Assembly: GCA_051859245.1 (NCBI GenBank)
Contig: JBHYGA010000001.1
Span: forward strand, 1,629,722-1,693,721
DNA: 64,000 nt
Reading direction: 5' to 3'
From: Gemmatimonadaceae bacterium
GTDB taxonomy: Bacteria > Gemmatimonadota > Gemmatimonadetes > Gemmatimonadales > Gemmatimonadaceae
The translations under genes were made by a program, and so were the position numbers. Of the stretch, positions 54,448-62,878 are shown one piece after another. The notes beneath the pieces were generated by a model, which searched no databases, was not told where the DNA came from, and was given only the letters and a program-made list of their open reading frames with translations. Within the stretch, counting starts at the first letter, position 1; the number at the start of each line of letters is the position of its first letter.

Positions 54448-54765
54448 ATGAGCTACGCGATTATCCGCACCGGCGGCAAGCAGTTCCGGGCAGAGCCGGG
54501 CAAGACCCTTCGTATTCCGTCGCTCATGGGCGACGCTGGTTCGACGGTTGAGTTCAACGAAGTGCTGCTCGGTTCCGACGGCACCTCCACGCGCACGGGC
54601 GTTCCCACGCTTGCTGGCGCGTCGGTCACGGCGCAGATCGTCAAGCATGGCAAAGACGAAAAGATCGTCGTGTTCAAGTTCAAGCGTCGCAAGAACTACG
54701 CGCGCAAGCAGGGACACCGTCAGAAGTTCACCGAAGTCCGTATTACGGACATCGTTCTCGGATAA
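54448..54765 (+). CDS. rplU: 50S ribosomal protein L21
   Basis: [11 protein letters not shown] and [17 protein letters not shown] motifs. Confidence 0.98.
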   Translation: MSYAIIRTGGKQFRAEPGKTLRIPSLMGDAGSTVEFNEVLLGSDGTSTRTGVPTLAGASVTAQIVKHGKDEKIVVFKFKRRKNYARKQGHRQKFTEVRITDIVLG

Positions 54766-54809
54766 CCGTTGCAGCGTTCGCGCCTGACGCGAATGCTCTG
54801 GAGATAGTC

Positions 54810-55115
54810 ATGGCTCATAAGAAAGGCGTAGGCTCGTCACGCAACGGTCGCGATTCAAATCCGCAGTACCGTGGCATCAAGAAGTACGGTGGTGAGTTCG
54901 TCACCGCCGGCAACATCATCGTGCGCCAGTGCGGCACCAAGTGGCACCCGGGTCGCAACGTTGGTCTCGGCACCGACTACACGATCTACTCGCTCGTCGA
55001 CGGCGTCGTGCAGTTCGAGCACAAGAACAAGAAGCGCCAGAAGGTGTCGGTCATTCCGGTCGAGTACATCGAGATCGAAGTGGACGAAGTACCCGCTGAG
55101 CCTGCAAACGCGTAA
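54810..55115 (+). CDS. rpmA: 50S ribosomal protein L27
   Basis: [16 protein letters not shown] and [13 protein letters not shown] motifs. Confidence 0.98.
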   Translation: MAHKKGVGSSRNGRDSNPQYRGIKKYGGEFVTAGNIIVRQCGTKWHPGRNVGLGTDYTIYSLVDGVVQFEHKNKKRQKVSVIPVEYIEIEVDEVPAEPANA

Positions 55116-55137
55116 TCGCGCCGCAGTCGAGCGCACT

Positions 55138-55179
55138 GAACGGCCCCTGATCTTCGAGATCGGGGGCCGTTCGTTTTTT
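55138..55179 (+). terminator. Intrinsic terminator of rplU-rpmA
   Basis: GAACGGCCCCTGATC-TTCGA-GATCGGGGGCCGTTC followed by GTTTTTT. Confidence 0.9.
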
Positions 55180-55268
55180 GCGGTGCGCTCGTCTACATTC
55201 ACGCGGGCGTAACCTCGCGGTGACGCGTCCGTACGGCTCGGTACCCCCTTCACATGGAGCATCACCGT

Positions 55269-55688
55269 ATGGCTATCTGGGACAAACTCAAAGACGGCAT
55301 CGACAAAGCCAGCAAAGTTGCGCAAGACGCGGTCGACGAGGGCAAGACGCGCCTGGACGCCCGCAAAGCCCGGCAGGCCGCCGATCAGGCGGCGGAATCG
55401 CTCGGTTACGCGGTGTACCGCGCCTGGCAGAACGCCCGTTCGCTCGATGAGCAGAGCCTGGAACGGCTCGCCCGGGCACTCCGCGATCACGAACAGGAAG
55501 CCGTGCGGCTCGAAGCGGCCTCAACGGAGGCCGCCGAGTGGCGTCGGCGCACGGGCGCGGCGGAGCCGCCGAGCGGGCCGGCCACGGGTGCCGCGTCGTC
55601 AGCCGCGGGACAAGCCGCCCCGGACGCGTCCTCGACCGCATCCGCTGAGGGACCGGCCTCGGGCCCCGTCAATCCCTCGGCTGGCTGA
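55269..55688 (+). CDS. Hypothetical coiled-coil protein
   Basis: GGAG SD; amphipathic start MAIWDKLKDGIDKASKVAQDAVDEGK; low-complexity tail. Confidence 0.75.
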   Translation: MAIWDKLKDGIDKASKVAQDAVDEGKTRLDARKARQAADQAAESLGYAVYRAWQNARSLDEQSLERLARALRDHEQEAVRLEAASTEAAEWRRRTGAAEPPSGPATGAASSAAGQAAPDASSTASAEGPASGPVNPSAG

Positions 55689-55742
55689 CGTGAGGATTTG
55701 CCTTAACACACGAATCGGCGTCACGTCTACCACCACGTGCAG

Positions 55743-56297
55743 ATGACCGAGGCGGACCGAACGAAGGACGCGGCGGTGGACCAGGAGCTCATTGAGCGCT
55801 GGCGCGCCGGCGATGAGCGGGCGGCGACAGCGATTGTTGAGCGACACTCAACCGCGCTGGCCCGCTTCGCGCTCAGTCTCGGCGTTCGTGATGATCTGAA
55901 CGAGTTGGTGCAAGACACGTTTGTGCGTGCGTTTTCTGCGCTCGATTCGTTTCGTGCGGACAGTGCGCTTCGCACGTGGTTGTTTACGATTGAACGACGA
56001 TTGGTGCTGGATCGACGACGAGCAGCAAGGCGACGTCCGGACGCAGTAGAAGTGATGCCGGAAGACGCGGCGACAGAGTTTCACGCGTTGGACAGCATGG
56101 TGGCGAGTGAAACAGAAGACCGGGTGCGGGCCGCACTCACACGATTATCACCAATGCAGCGGGATGTGTTCACGCTGCGGGTGCAGGAAGGCAGAGCGTA
56201 CAAGGACATTGCGGATATTCTCGGGACTACCGAAGGCGCAGCCCGAGTGCATTATCACAACGCGCTTCGCGCGGTGAAGGAGTGGATTCATGACTGA
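55743..56297 (+). CDS. ECF sigma-70 factor
   Basis: LVQDTFVRAF and LRTWLFTI (region 2); LSPMQRDVFTLR...YKDIADILG (region 4). Confidence 0.93.
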   Translation: MTEADRTKDAAVDQELIERWRAGDERAATAIVERHSTALARFALSLGVRDDLNELVQDTFVRAFSALDSFRADSALRTWLFTIERRLVLDRRRAARRRPDAVEVMPEDAATEFHALDSMVASETEDRVRAALTRLSPMQRDVFTLRVQEGRAYKDIADILGTTEGAARVHYHNALRAVKEWIHD

Positions 56298-56994
56298 TTG
56301 CACCAACAACGACCTGCAGGATCTGTTGCCCGAGTTTGCGGCTGGCGAGTTGCCAGCGCGCGAACGCGAGCTGGTCGACGTGCATCTGGTGTCGTGCGCT
56401 GCCTGCCGCGAAGAAGTCGAGGTGCTCGTGGCGGTGCTCAACGCACGTCCACTGCCGCCGATCATCGATGTGGCCTCCATTGTGGCGGCATTGCCCAAGC
56501 CACCAGTGCTCGCGGCCTCGTCGCGCGAAGAGCCAGCGACGCCAACACTTCGGGTGGTCACTGGCGGGCAGACTGGTCGCGCGCCGTCCATGCAGAAGGC
56601 GCGCGCCACACGTTCCGTGTTTGGTTCATCGTTCATGAAGTTCGCGGCTACGCTCACACTGGTTGCCGTTGGCGGTCTTTCCGTGGTGATGTCGGGCCGT
56701 GGCCCAATGTCGGTGTCGGACGCAGAGGTCGCTTCGGCGCCGATGTTCAGCGGTGACTCCACGGTGGTTGCCACACTTCCCGAGCCGTATTCAGCTGATC
56801 GTGTACCGGTAAAGGCGGTGGTGTCGGTTGCGCCATCCGTGTTGCCGATTCAGGAGTTGTCGGACTACTCCGATGATGAACTTGCGCTGTTGCTTGAACG
56901 GCTCGAGGCGTGGGACGGAGCACCGCCGGTTGAACCGGACAACGTGCCGCCGGCCACTATACAGAGTGACACCGCGATTCAGGAGGGATCATGA
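56290..56994 (+). CDS. Anti-sigma factor with zf-HC2 motif and one TM helix
   Basis: HLVSCAAC (HxxxCxxC); TM segment FAATLTLVAVGGLSVVM; overlaps the sigma gene. Confidence 0.87.
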   Translation: MTDCTNNDLQDLLPEFAAGELPARERELVDVHLVSCAACREEVEVLVAVLNARPLPPIIDVASIVAALPKPPVLAASSREEPATPTLRVVTGGQTGRAPSMQKARATRSVFGSSFMKFAATLTLVAVGGLSVVMSGRGPMSVSDAEVASAPMFSGDSTVVATLPEPYSADRVPVKAVVSVAPSVLPIQELSDYSDDELALLLERLEAWDGAPPVEPDNVPPATIQSDTAIQEGS

Positions 56995-57587
56995 TCGCAC
57001 AGACATATGCAGGGTTTCGCCGGCACATTGGTGCCGCGCTCGCGGCTGCCGCGCTCGTCGTGTGTGTGCCGATCATGCAGGCAAGCGCACAATCGGGACC
57101 GCCGCAGGCGCGGCAGGGTCGCAGTGGACAGCCGCGCGGCGATCGCGAGATGGAGCAGCAAGTGCAGCGTCGTATTGGCGCCATGCTCAAGGAACGTCTC
57201 TCGCTCACTGACGATCAGCTGGTCAAGCTCGAAGCGGTCACCATGAAGCTTGAGCGCGACCGTCGAGCGGTGCGCGGGGAAGAGTTCCGCTTGCGCAGCG
57301 CGATGCGTCGTCATCTGCTGGCGGGAGATGCCGCATCCAATGATTCGGTCGCACCGTTGCTAGATCGGTTGCCCGCACTGGAACGTCGCAAGATCGATCT
57401 GATGGAGTTGGAGCAGCGTGAGTTGGCGCAGTTCCTCTCGCCAGTGCAGCGCGCGCGATTCATGGCGCTGCAGGAAGAGATCCGTCGCAACATGGACGAG
57501 ATCCGCGAGAAGCGCACGCCGGGAACGCCTTCACGATCCGGCGATCGGCCGCCACACAGCGCGCCGCCCACAAGCGGTCGTCCGTAG
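56991..57587 (+). CDS. Spy/CpxP-like periplasmic helical protein
   Basis: Signal peptide; LSLTDDQ and FLSPVQRARF LTxxQ-like motifs. Confidence 0.75.
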   Translation: MIAQTYAGFRRHIGAALAAAALVVCVPIMQASAQSGPPQARQGRSGQPRGDREMEQQVQRRIGAMLKERLSLTDDQLVKLEAVTMKLERDRRAVRGEEFRLRSAMRRHLLAGDAASNDSVAPLLDRLPALERRKIDLMELEQRELAQFLSPVQRARFMALQEEIRRNMDEIREKRTPGTPSRSGDRPPHSAPPTSGRP

Positions 57588-57602
57588 GCGGAGTTCCGAG
57601 GG

Positions 57603-57628
57603 CAGAAGCCGGCGCGAGTCGGCTTCTG
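57603..57628 (+). terminator. Stem-loop after the ECF operon, possible terminator or stabiliser
   Basis: CAGAAGCCGGC-GCGA-GTCGGCTTCTG with a GNRA loop; no U-tract. Confidence 0.5.
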
Positions 57629-57677
57629 GTGCGTCTGCACCATTGATCCCGAGTGCCTCACGCGTCTACTATTCCGC

Positions 57678-58118
57678 ATGCGACGTTCTCGCGCGGCGAA
57701 GATGCTTGGTCTGCTGCTAGCCTTGTGGTCGGTTCTGCTGACAGGCGAACCGATCTGGCTACACGACTGCCCAACCATGCCGTCGTCCGCTGTTTCAGCC
57801 GAGCCGAGCGAAGGCATCGCTGGTGCAGCGGTCTCGCCGGAGTCACACGCGCACCACGAACACGCCGCCGCAAACGCGCCGAACGCGGACGAGTCATCGC
57901 ATCACTCCGACAGTTCGCCGCACGAGTGCAACTGTGTTGGCGTGTGTGCGTCCGCCAGTGTTATCGCCGCGCCAGTGCTCGCGATCGTGCGCGTGCCAGC
58001 GCCCGCCGAAGTCATTTCGGCCACAACGCAGTATCCGAAGCACACCTCGGTAGACGCCCGGCCCGCGCCATCGTCGCGCCTGCCGTGGCCAACGGCACCG
58101 CCAGTCCTGTTCGCCTGA
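57678..58118 (+). CDS. DUF2946-like secreted His/Cys-rich leader protein (CruR/CutF-like)
   Basis: Signal-like N-terminus, HDC, His-rich linker, HECNCVGVC and Pro-rich end PWPTAPP; upstream of a TonB receptor. Confidence 0.7.
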   Translation: MRRSRAAKMLGLLLALWSVLLTGEPIWLHDCPTMPSSAVSAEPSEGIAGAAVSPESHAHHEHAAANAPNADESSHHSDSSPHECNCVGVCASASVIAAPVLAIVRVPAPAEVISATTQYPKHTSVDARPAPSSRLPWPTAPPVLFA

Positions 58119-58293
58119 TCGCGTGAATGCCGCGTGCCGCTGTCGCACAAACGACGGCGCACATCGCATTTGCACGCAAACTCTCACGCGCACCACGCCA
58201 GCCACGAGGGCTGTCGTGCAGATGTGCGTCGGCGAACTGTGAAGAGCGGGGCACTGCGTACACACGCATGCCCGCTCGGAGAACACTACACCC

Positions 58294-60666
58294 ATGTTGA
58301 AATTCTTCTGCAGCCGCTTTGCGGTTGCTGTCTCGTGCGCGCTTGTGTTGTTCGCGAGCAGCACGACGTCGCTGTCAGCCCAGGCACAAACCACCAGTGT
58401 GAGCGGCCGCGTCCTGGCCTCCGAAAACGGGTCGCCCCTTGAAGGGGTGCTGCTCGACATTCCGGGCACACGGCTTGGGACCATGTCAGGTGCCAATGGT
58501 GCGTGGCGCATCGACGGCGTCACGATTGGACGCGTGCGCATTCGCGCTCGGCGGCTCGGACTTGATACGCTCACGCGTGTGGTGGAGCTGCGAGCCGAAG
58601 GCAACGCGCTGATCGAGCTTCGTATGTCGAGCGCCACGTCGGTCGTGGCGCCCGTTGTGGTGAGCGCCACGCGCGAGGCGCAGCGTCGTGTTGAGAACTC
58701 GGCGACGATTGATGTGATTGGTGGCGCTGAGCTTCGGCTGGCGCGTGCCTCACATCCGGCGCAGGTCATGAAACGCATTCCGGGCGTATACGTCTCGCAG
58801 CTCTCGGGCGAAGGGCACTCGATGGCGATCCGGCAGCCGATCACCACCAAACCGATGTACCTGTATCTCGAAGACGGTGTGCCAACGCGCGCCACCGGCT
58901 TCTTCAATCACAACGCGATGTATGAGGTCAACCTGCCGCAGGCTGGTGGAGTGGAAGTGCTCAAAGGACCTGGCACGGCGCTCTACGGCAGCGATGCGAT
59001 TGGCGGGGTGGTGAACGCGCTCACGCGTGAAGCGCCACCAGTGCCGAGCGCCGATCTGAGCATGGAAGGCGGACGGTACGGCTTTCAGCGCGTGCTCTTT
59101 TCCGGTGGCAGCACGCGCGGCAATCACGGAATTCGCGTTGATGCCAACTTCACGCAACTGACCGGCTGGCGAGAGAACGCGCCGTATGATCGGCAGAGCG
59201 CCACACTGCGCTGGGACGCCCGACTGCGCGACGGTTTGTCCGTGCGTACGGTGGTCACCACGTCCATGATTGATCAAAACGACGTGCTGGCACAGTCGGG
59301 TGAGCAGTTTCTTGCGCGCGACCCGATCAATCGTTCACCACTCGCCTTTCGCAAAGTGGAAGCGCTGCGTTGGAGTTCAGCTATTGAGAAAGTGAACGCG
59401 CGCAGCAGCTGGAGCATCACGCCGTTCGCACGCCGCAACGTGCTTGAACTGTTGCCGTCGTGGCAGCTCACCTTCAACCCCCAGGTCTGGGATACGCGGA
59501 ACACCTCGTACGGCGTCCTGGCACGTGCACGACGTGACTTTGCACCACTGAACTCCCGCGTGATTGTTGGCGCCGATATCGATGTCAGCCCGGGCAGCTT
59601 TACCGCCGATCAAGCGGTGCTGCAAACGCAGGGAACAGGTGCCGCGCGCATCTTTGAATCGTACACGCTTGGCGTTCGCCAGTACGACTACGATGTCACC
59701 TTCCGTCAGGCGTCGCCGTACCTGCACACGGAGTTCTCGCCCTTCACACGCGTTCGCGTTGATGCCGGTTTGCGATACGACGTAGTGGCCTACGATTACA
59801 CCACCAACATTGCGGCGCGCGACACAGGACGCTTTCGCATTCCTGGTGACCAGACGCGCGACTATCAGCGATTCAGCCCCAAGATTGGCGTCACCGCAGA
59901 TGTCGCGCCGTGGCTCAACGTGTACGGAGCGTATCGCACCGGTTTCCGTGCGCCATCACACTCACAGCTCTTCCAGCAGAACGATGCGGCCAGCACGGTG
60001 GATCTCAAGCCGGTCACCGTGGAAAGCGCAGAAGTTGGACTGCGCGGTGAAGCAGGCGGCAAACTTGCGTGGTCACTCGCCGCGTACGATATGCGGTTGC
60101 AGAATGACATCATCACATTCGTGACCGCGACCAATACGCGCATTGCCACCAACGCCGGTTCCACCAGTCATCGTGGTATCGAAGGCAGTCTCGGCGCGCG
60201 TGTGCTGCCGCGTGTTCGTCTCGACCTCAGCGCAGCCGTTGCGGATCACCGCTACACCGACTGGACGCCGCAAGCGGCGCGTCCGGCCAGCGGCAACACG
60301 CCCGCTGTGGCAGAGGTCTCATACAGCGGCGCGCGAATTGAACAGGCCCCGCGCGTGCTTGGCAACGCGCTGCTGACACTCACACCAAAACTCATGCGTG
60401 GCGGACGATTGGCGGCGGAATGGTCACACACCGGTCGGTATCCGATGGATCCGTCGGGCGCAGTAGAGTACCGCGGACACGACCTGATCACGCTGCATGC
60501 AAACACATACATTCGCGGCGGTGTTGAGTTGTTTGCACGCGCGGTGAACGTGGCCGACAAAACGTACGCCGAGCTCGCCGCGTACGATCGGTTCGCGGGA
60601 CAACAGATCACTCCGGGCACGCCGCGTTCAATCTTTGTTGGCATGCGTTACGCATGGGAGCGCTAA
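58294..60666 (+). CDS. TonB-dependent outer-membrane receptor
   Basis: Signal peptide, VVVSATR, EVLKGPGTALYGSDAIGGVVN plug motif, and barrel end PRSIFVGMRYAW. Confidence 0.95.
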   Translation: MLKFFCSRFAVAVSCALVLFASSTTSLSAQAQTTSVSGRVLASENGSPLEGVLLDIPGTRLGTMSGANGAWRIDGVTIGRVRIRARRLGLDTLTRVVELRAEGNALIELRMSSATSVVAPVVVSATREAQRRVENSATIDVIGGAELRLARASHPAQVMKRIPGVYVSQLSGEGHSMAIRQPITTKPMYLYLEDGVPTRATGFFNHNAMYEVNLPQAGGVEVLKGPGTALYGSDAIGGVVNALTREAPPVPSADLSMEGGRYGFQRVLFSGGSTRGNHGIRVDANFTQLTGWRENAPYDRQSATLRWDARLRDGLSVRTVVTTSMIDQNDVLAQSGEQFLARDPINRSPLAFRKVEALRWSSAIEKVNARSSWSITPFARRNVLELLPSWQLTFNPQVWDTRNTSYGVLARARRDFAPLNSRVIVGADIDVSPGSFTADQAVLQTQGTGAARIFESYTLGVRQYDYDVTFRQASPYLHTEFSPFTRVRVDAGLRYDVVAYDYTTNIAARDTGRFRIPGDQTRDYQRFSPKIGVTADVAPWLNVYGAYRTGFRAPSHSQLFQQNDAASTVDLKPVTVESAEVGLRGEAGGKLAWSLAAYDMRLQNDIITFVTATNTRIATNAGSTSHRGIEGSLGARVLPRVRLDLSAAVADHRYTDWTPQAARPASGNTPAVAEVSYSGARIEQAPRVLGNALLTLTPKLMRGGRLAAEWSHTGRYPMDPSGAVEYRGHDLITLHANTYIRGGVELFARAVNVADKTYAELAAYDRFAGQQITPGTPRSIFVGMRYAWER

Positions 60667-60668
60667 CA

Positions 60669-61991
60669 ATGACGTTGAACATTACGCGTACCACATCGCG
60701 TCACGTGTACCACACGTGCACGGCGTTGGCGATTGTGCTGCTGGCCGCGTGTAGCACGCCAGAAGTTAATGCCACATCCATCGCGTTTGGCGATGCAGAA
60801 CGCCCGGGCCTTGGATCGCCGCGTGGCACCGCGCCAATGTTCGCGGTCACCCCCGATGGCCGAGAGGCCATCGCGTGGGTGTCTGCACCGGATGGCGGCA
60901 CCGACGGTCGATTGTATGTGCAAATCGGTAGCGCTTCGCCGGTCGAGCTGCGCGATAGTCTGGGTCCCATCGAGGGTCACGGTGAGGCCCCACCAAAACT
61001 CGTGATCGGTCCCGATGGGGTGGCGCACGCGATTTACGTAGTGTCGCGTCTCGAAGAGGGCCGCCGCTTTCCCGCGAGCGCGCTGCGTTACGTGCGATCA
61101 ACCGGCCGTGACGATGCGTGGACCTCTCCCATCACGGTCAGCGACGACGGGGATTTCGGTTCGCACAACTTTCACGCACTCTCGGTGGCCCCCGACGGCC
61201 GCGTGATCGTCTCGTGGCTGGACGGTCGCCATGGTCAGTCGGCCGCCTATGTGGCCGTCTCCTCTGACTCCGGCCGCACCTTCGCTGCGAACGTGCGCGC
61301 CGACACCACGGCCGCGTGCCCGTGCTGCCGAACCGCCGTCGCCGCGGCCACGGACGGTACGCTGTACATGGCCTGGCGCAGTATCCTGCCCGGTGGCATT
61401 CGCGACATTGTCATGGCCCGGTCGCAGGACGCTGGCGCCACCTGGAGCGAGCCAGTTCCCGTCCACGCCGACAACTGGCAGTTCGATGGCTGCCCCCACG
61501 CGGGACCGAGCGTTCGCGTCGATGCGGAAGGCCGAGTGCACGTGGCCTGGTGGACCGGACGTGAGGGTGCCGCTGGTGTGCAGTACGCCATCTCGACGGA
61601 CCAGGCCCGGACGTTTGGCCCACCCGTCGCGCTGGGGATGGCGAACTTCTCTCGACCGGCGCATGTTCAATTGGCACTGGGCGGAGCCGACACGGTGGTC
61701 GCGGTTTGGGACGACGGCACTGTGGAGACGCCGCAGGTGGTACTTCGACGTTCCGTCGATGGTGGAAAGACGTTCGCGCCCGCCATCATCTTGAGCGACA
61801 CGTCCAAAGCTGCCACTTTCCCAGTCGTCGGCGTTACCGGACGCGGAATCACCGTCGCCTGGTCCGAACAACCGCTTGCCAGCCTGGCTGCCGAGGAGAA
61901 AGCAAAGCCCAATATGCGCGATCCGAAAGCAGTCATGGGACTCAAATCGATCGGCGACATGCAGGTTGTCATTCGTCGGGAACGCCGATGA
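60669..61991 (+). CDS. BNR/Asp-box repeat (sialidase-like propeller) lipoprotein with CPCC and CPH motifs
   Basis: Lipobox LAA-C; Asp-boxes SSDSGRTF, SQDAGATW, STDQARTF and SVDGGKTF; ACPCCR and DGCPHAGP. Confidence 0.85.
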   Translation: MTLNITRTTSRHVYHTCTALAIVLLAACSTPEVNATSIAFGDAERPGLGSPRGTAPMFAVTPDGREAIAWVSAPDGGTDGRLYVQIGSASPVELRDSLGPIEGHGEAPPKLVIGPDGVAHAIYVVSRLEEGRRFPASALRYVRSTGRDDAWTSPITVSDDGDFGSHNFHALSVAPDGRVIVSWLDGRHGQSAAYVAVSSDSGRTFAANVRADTTAACPCCRTAVAAATDGTLYMAWRSILPGGIRDIVMARSQDAGATWSEPVPVHADNWQFDGCPHAGPSVRVDAEGRVHVAWWTGREGAAGVQYAISTDQARTFGPPVALGMANFSRPAHVQLALGGADTVVAVWDDGTVETPQVVLRRSVDGGKTFAPAIILSDTSKAATFPVVGVTGRGITVAWSEQPLASLAAEEKAKPNMRDPKAVMGLKSIGDMQVVIRRERR

Positions 61992-62662
61992 CACAGCGAT
62001 CGCACCACGTGCGCGCTGCCGTGCTGGCGGCACTCGCGATGTCGGCGCTTGTCGCGTGCGATCGCTCGCGCGCCAGCGATGGCGCCACCGCGTCTCCGCG
62101 AAGCGGACCGGTGAGTGTCGGCGCCACCGCGCCCGCCTATACAATTCAAACACTCGCCGGTGATTCGCTCAACGTGGGGCCGAGTGACCATCTGGTGTTG
62201 CTCAACGTGTGGGCCACGTGGTGCGCGTCATGCAAGGAAGAGTTTGCGTTTATGGACACGCTGCTCGCCAAGCATGGCCGCAAGGGCCTGCGCGTTGTTG
62301 CGGTCAGTGTTGACGTTGGAAGCAGCGAACCGGTTCAGCAGGTCGCGTCGCAGTACAACGTGACATTTGAAGTGGCGCACGATCCCGAAGGCACGATCGA
62401 GCGACGTTTTCCTGCGATGGGTGTGCCGGCGAGTTATCTCATCGATCGTGATGGCAAGTTGTTGTGGAAGCATGTGGGTGTACTTCCGCCCTCTGTAGAC
62501 GCGGTCATCGGAGACGCTCTGGAAGCCGCGCCAACGGAAGCGCCTGCTGAAGAGGAGCACGACCATCCGGTTGAGGAAGTACTGGAGGGACCGGGTGGCG
62601 AGGTGTACGGCGCTGTCAAGCCAGCGGCACGCGCGGGCGCGCTGGGCAAGCGCGTCGGCTAG
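61988..62662 (+). CDS. TlpA/ResA-family thiol-disulfide oxidoreductase lipoprotein
   Basis: Lipobox LVA-C; LLNVWATWCASCKEE and GVPASYLIDRDG motifs. Confidence 0.9.
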   Translation: MTQRSHHVRAAVLAALAMSALVACDRSRASDGATASPRSGPVSVGATAPAYTIQTLAGDSLNVGPSDHLVLLNVWATWCASCKEEFAFMDTLLAKHGRKGLRVVAVSVDVGSSEPVQQVASQYNVTFEVAHDPEGTIERRFPAMGVPASYLIDRDGKLLWKHVGVLPPSVDAVIGDALEAAPTEAPAEEEHDHPVEEVLEGPGGEVYGAVKPAARAGALGKRVG

Positions 62663-62723
62663 CGTATCTTGGCGTGTGCGGGGCTGGTGCCGCCGCAACA
62701 TCTGACTAGGTTGTGAGCAGTAC

Positions 62724-62807
62724 ACCCGGGTGGCGGAACTGGTAGACGCAGGGGACTCAAAATCCCCCATCCCTTGGGATATGGGGGTTCGATTCCCCCC
62801 TCGGGTA
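62724..62807 (+). tRNA. tRNA-Leu(CAA)
   Basis: Acceptor ACCCGGG/CTCGGGT, D-arm GCGGAACTGGTAGACGC, anticodon arm GGGGA-CTCAAAA-TCCCC, long variable arm, T-arm GGGGG-TTCGATT-CCCCC, discriminator A. Confidence 0.96.
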
Positions 62808-62813
62808 TCCAAC

Positions 62814-62856
62814 ACAAACGCCGCGCAAGCTCAGAGCTCGCGCGGCGTTTGTTCTT
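62814..62856. terminator. Hairpin between tRNA-Leu and convergent ilvE, probable terminator
   Basis: ACAAACGCCGCGC...GCGCGGCGTTTGT 13 bp stem followed by TCTT. Confidence 0.8.
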
Positions 62857-62878
62857 GCGTCCCTGTTGGCGCGTGGAC

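Noticed and set aside
55060..55115. Acidic C-terminal extension of L27
   Set aside because: Short variable tails are common in L27; there is no N-terminal Prp-cleaved extension and no prp gene, so the arrangement is ordinary
58134..58442. His-rich 102 aa ORF between the leader and the TonB receptor
   Set aside because: Overlaps the receptor start out of frame and has no SD; the His content follows from CAC-rich sequence better explained as RNA structure, though not fully excluded
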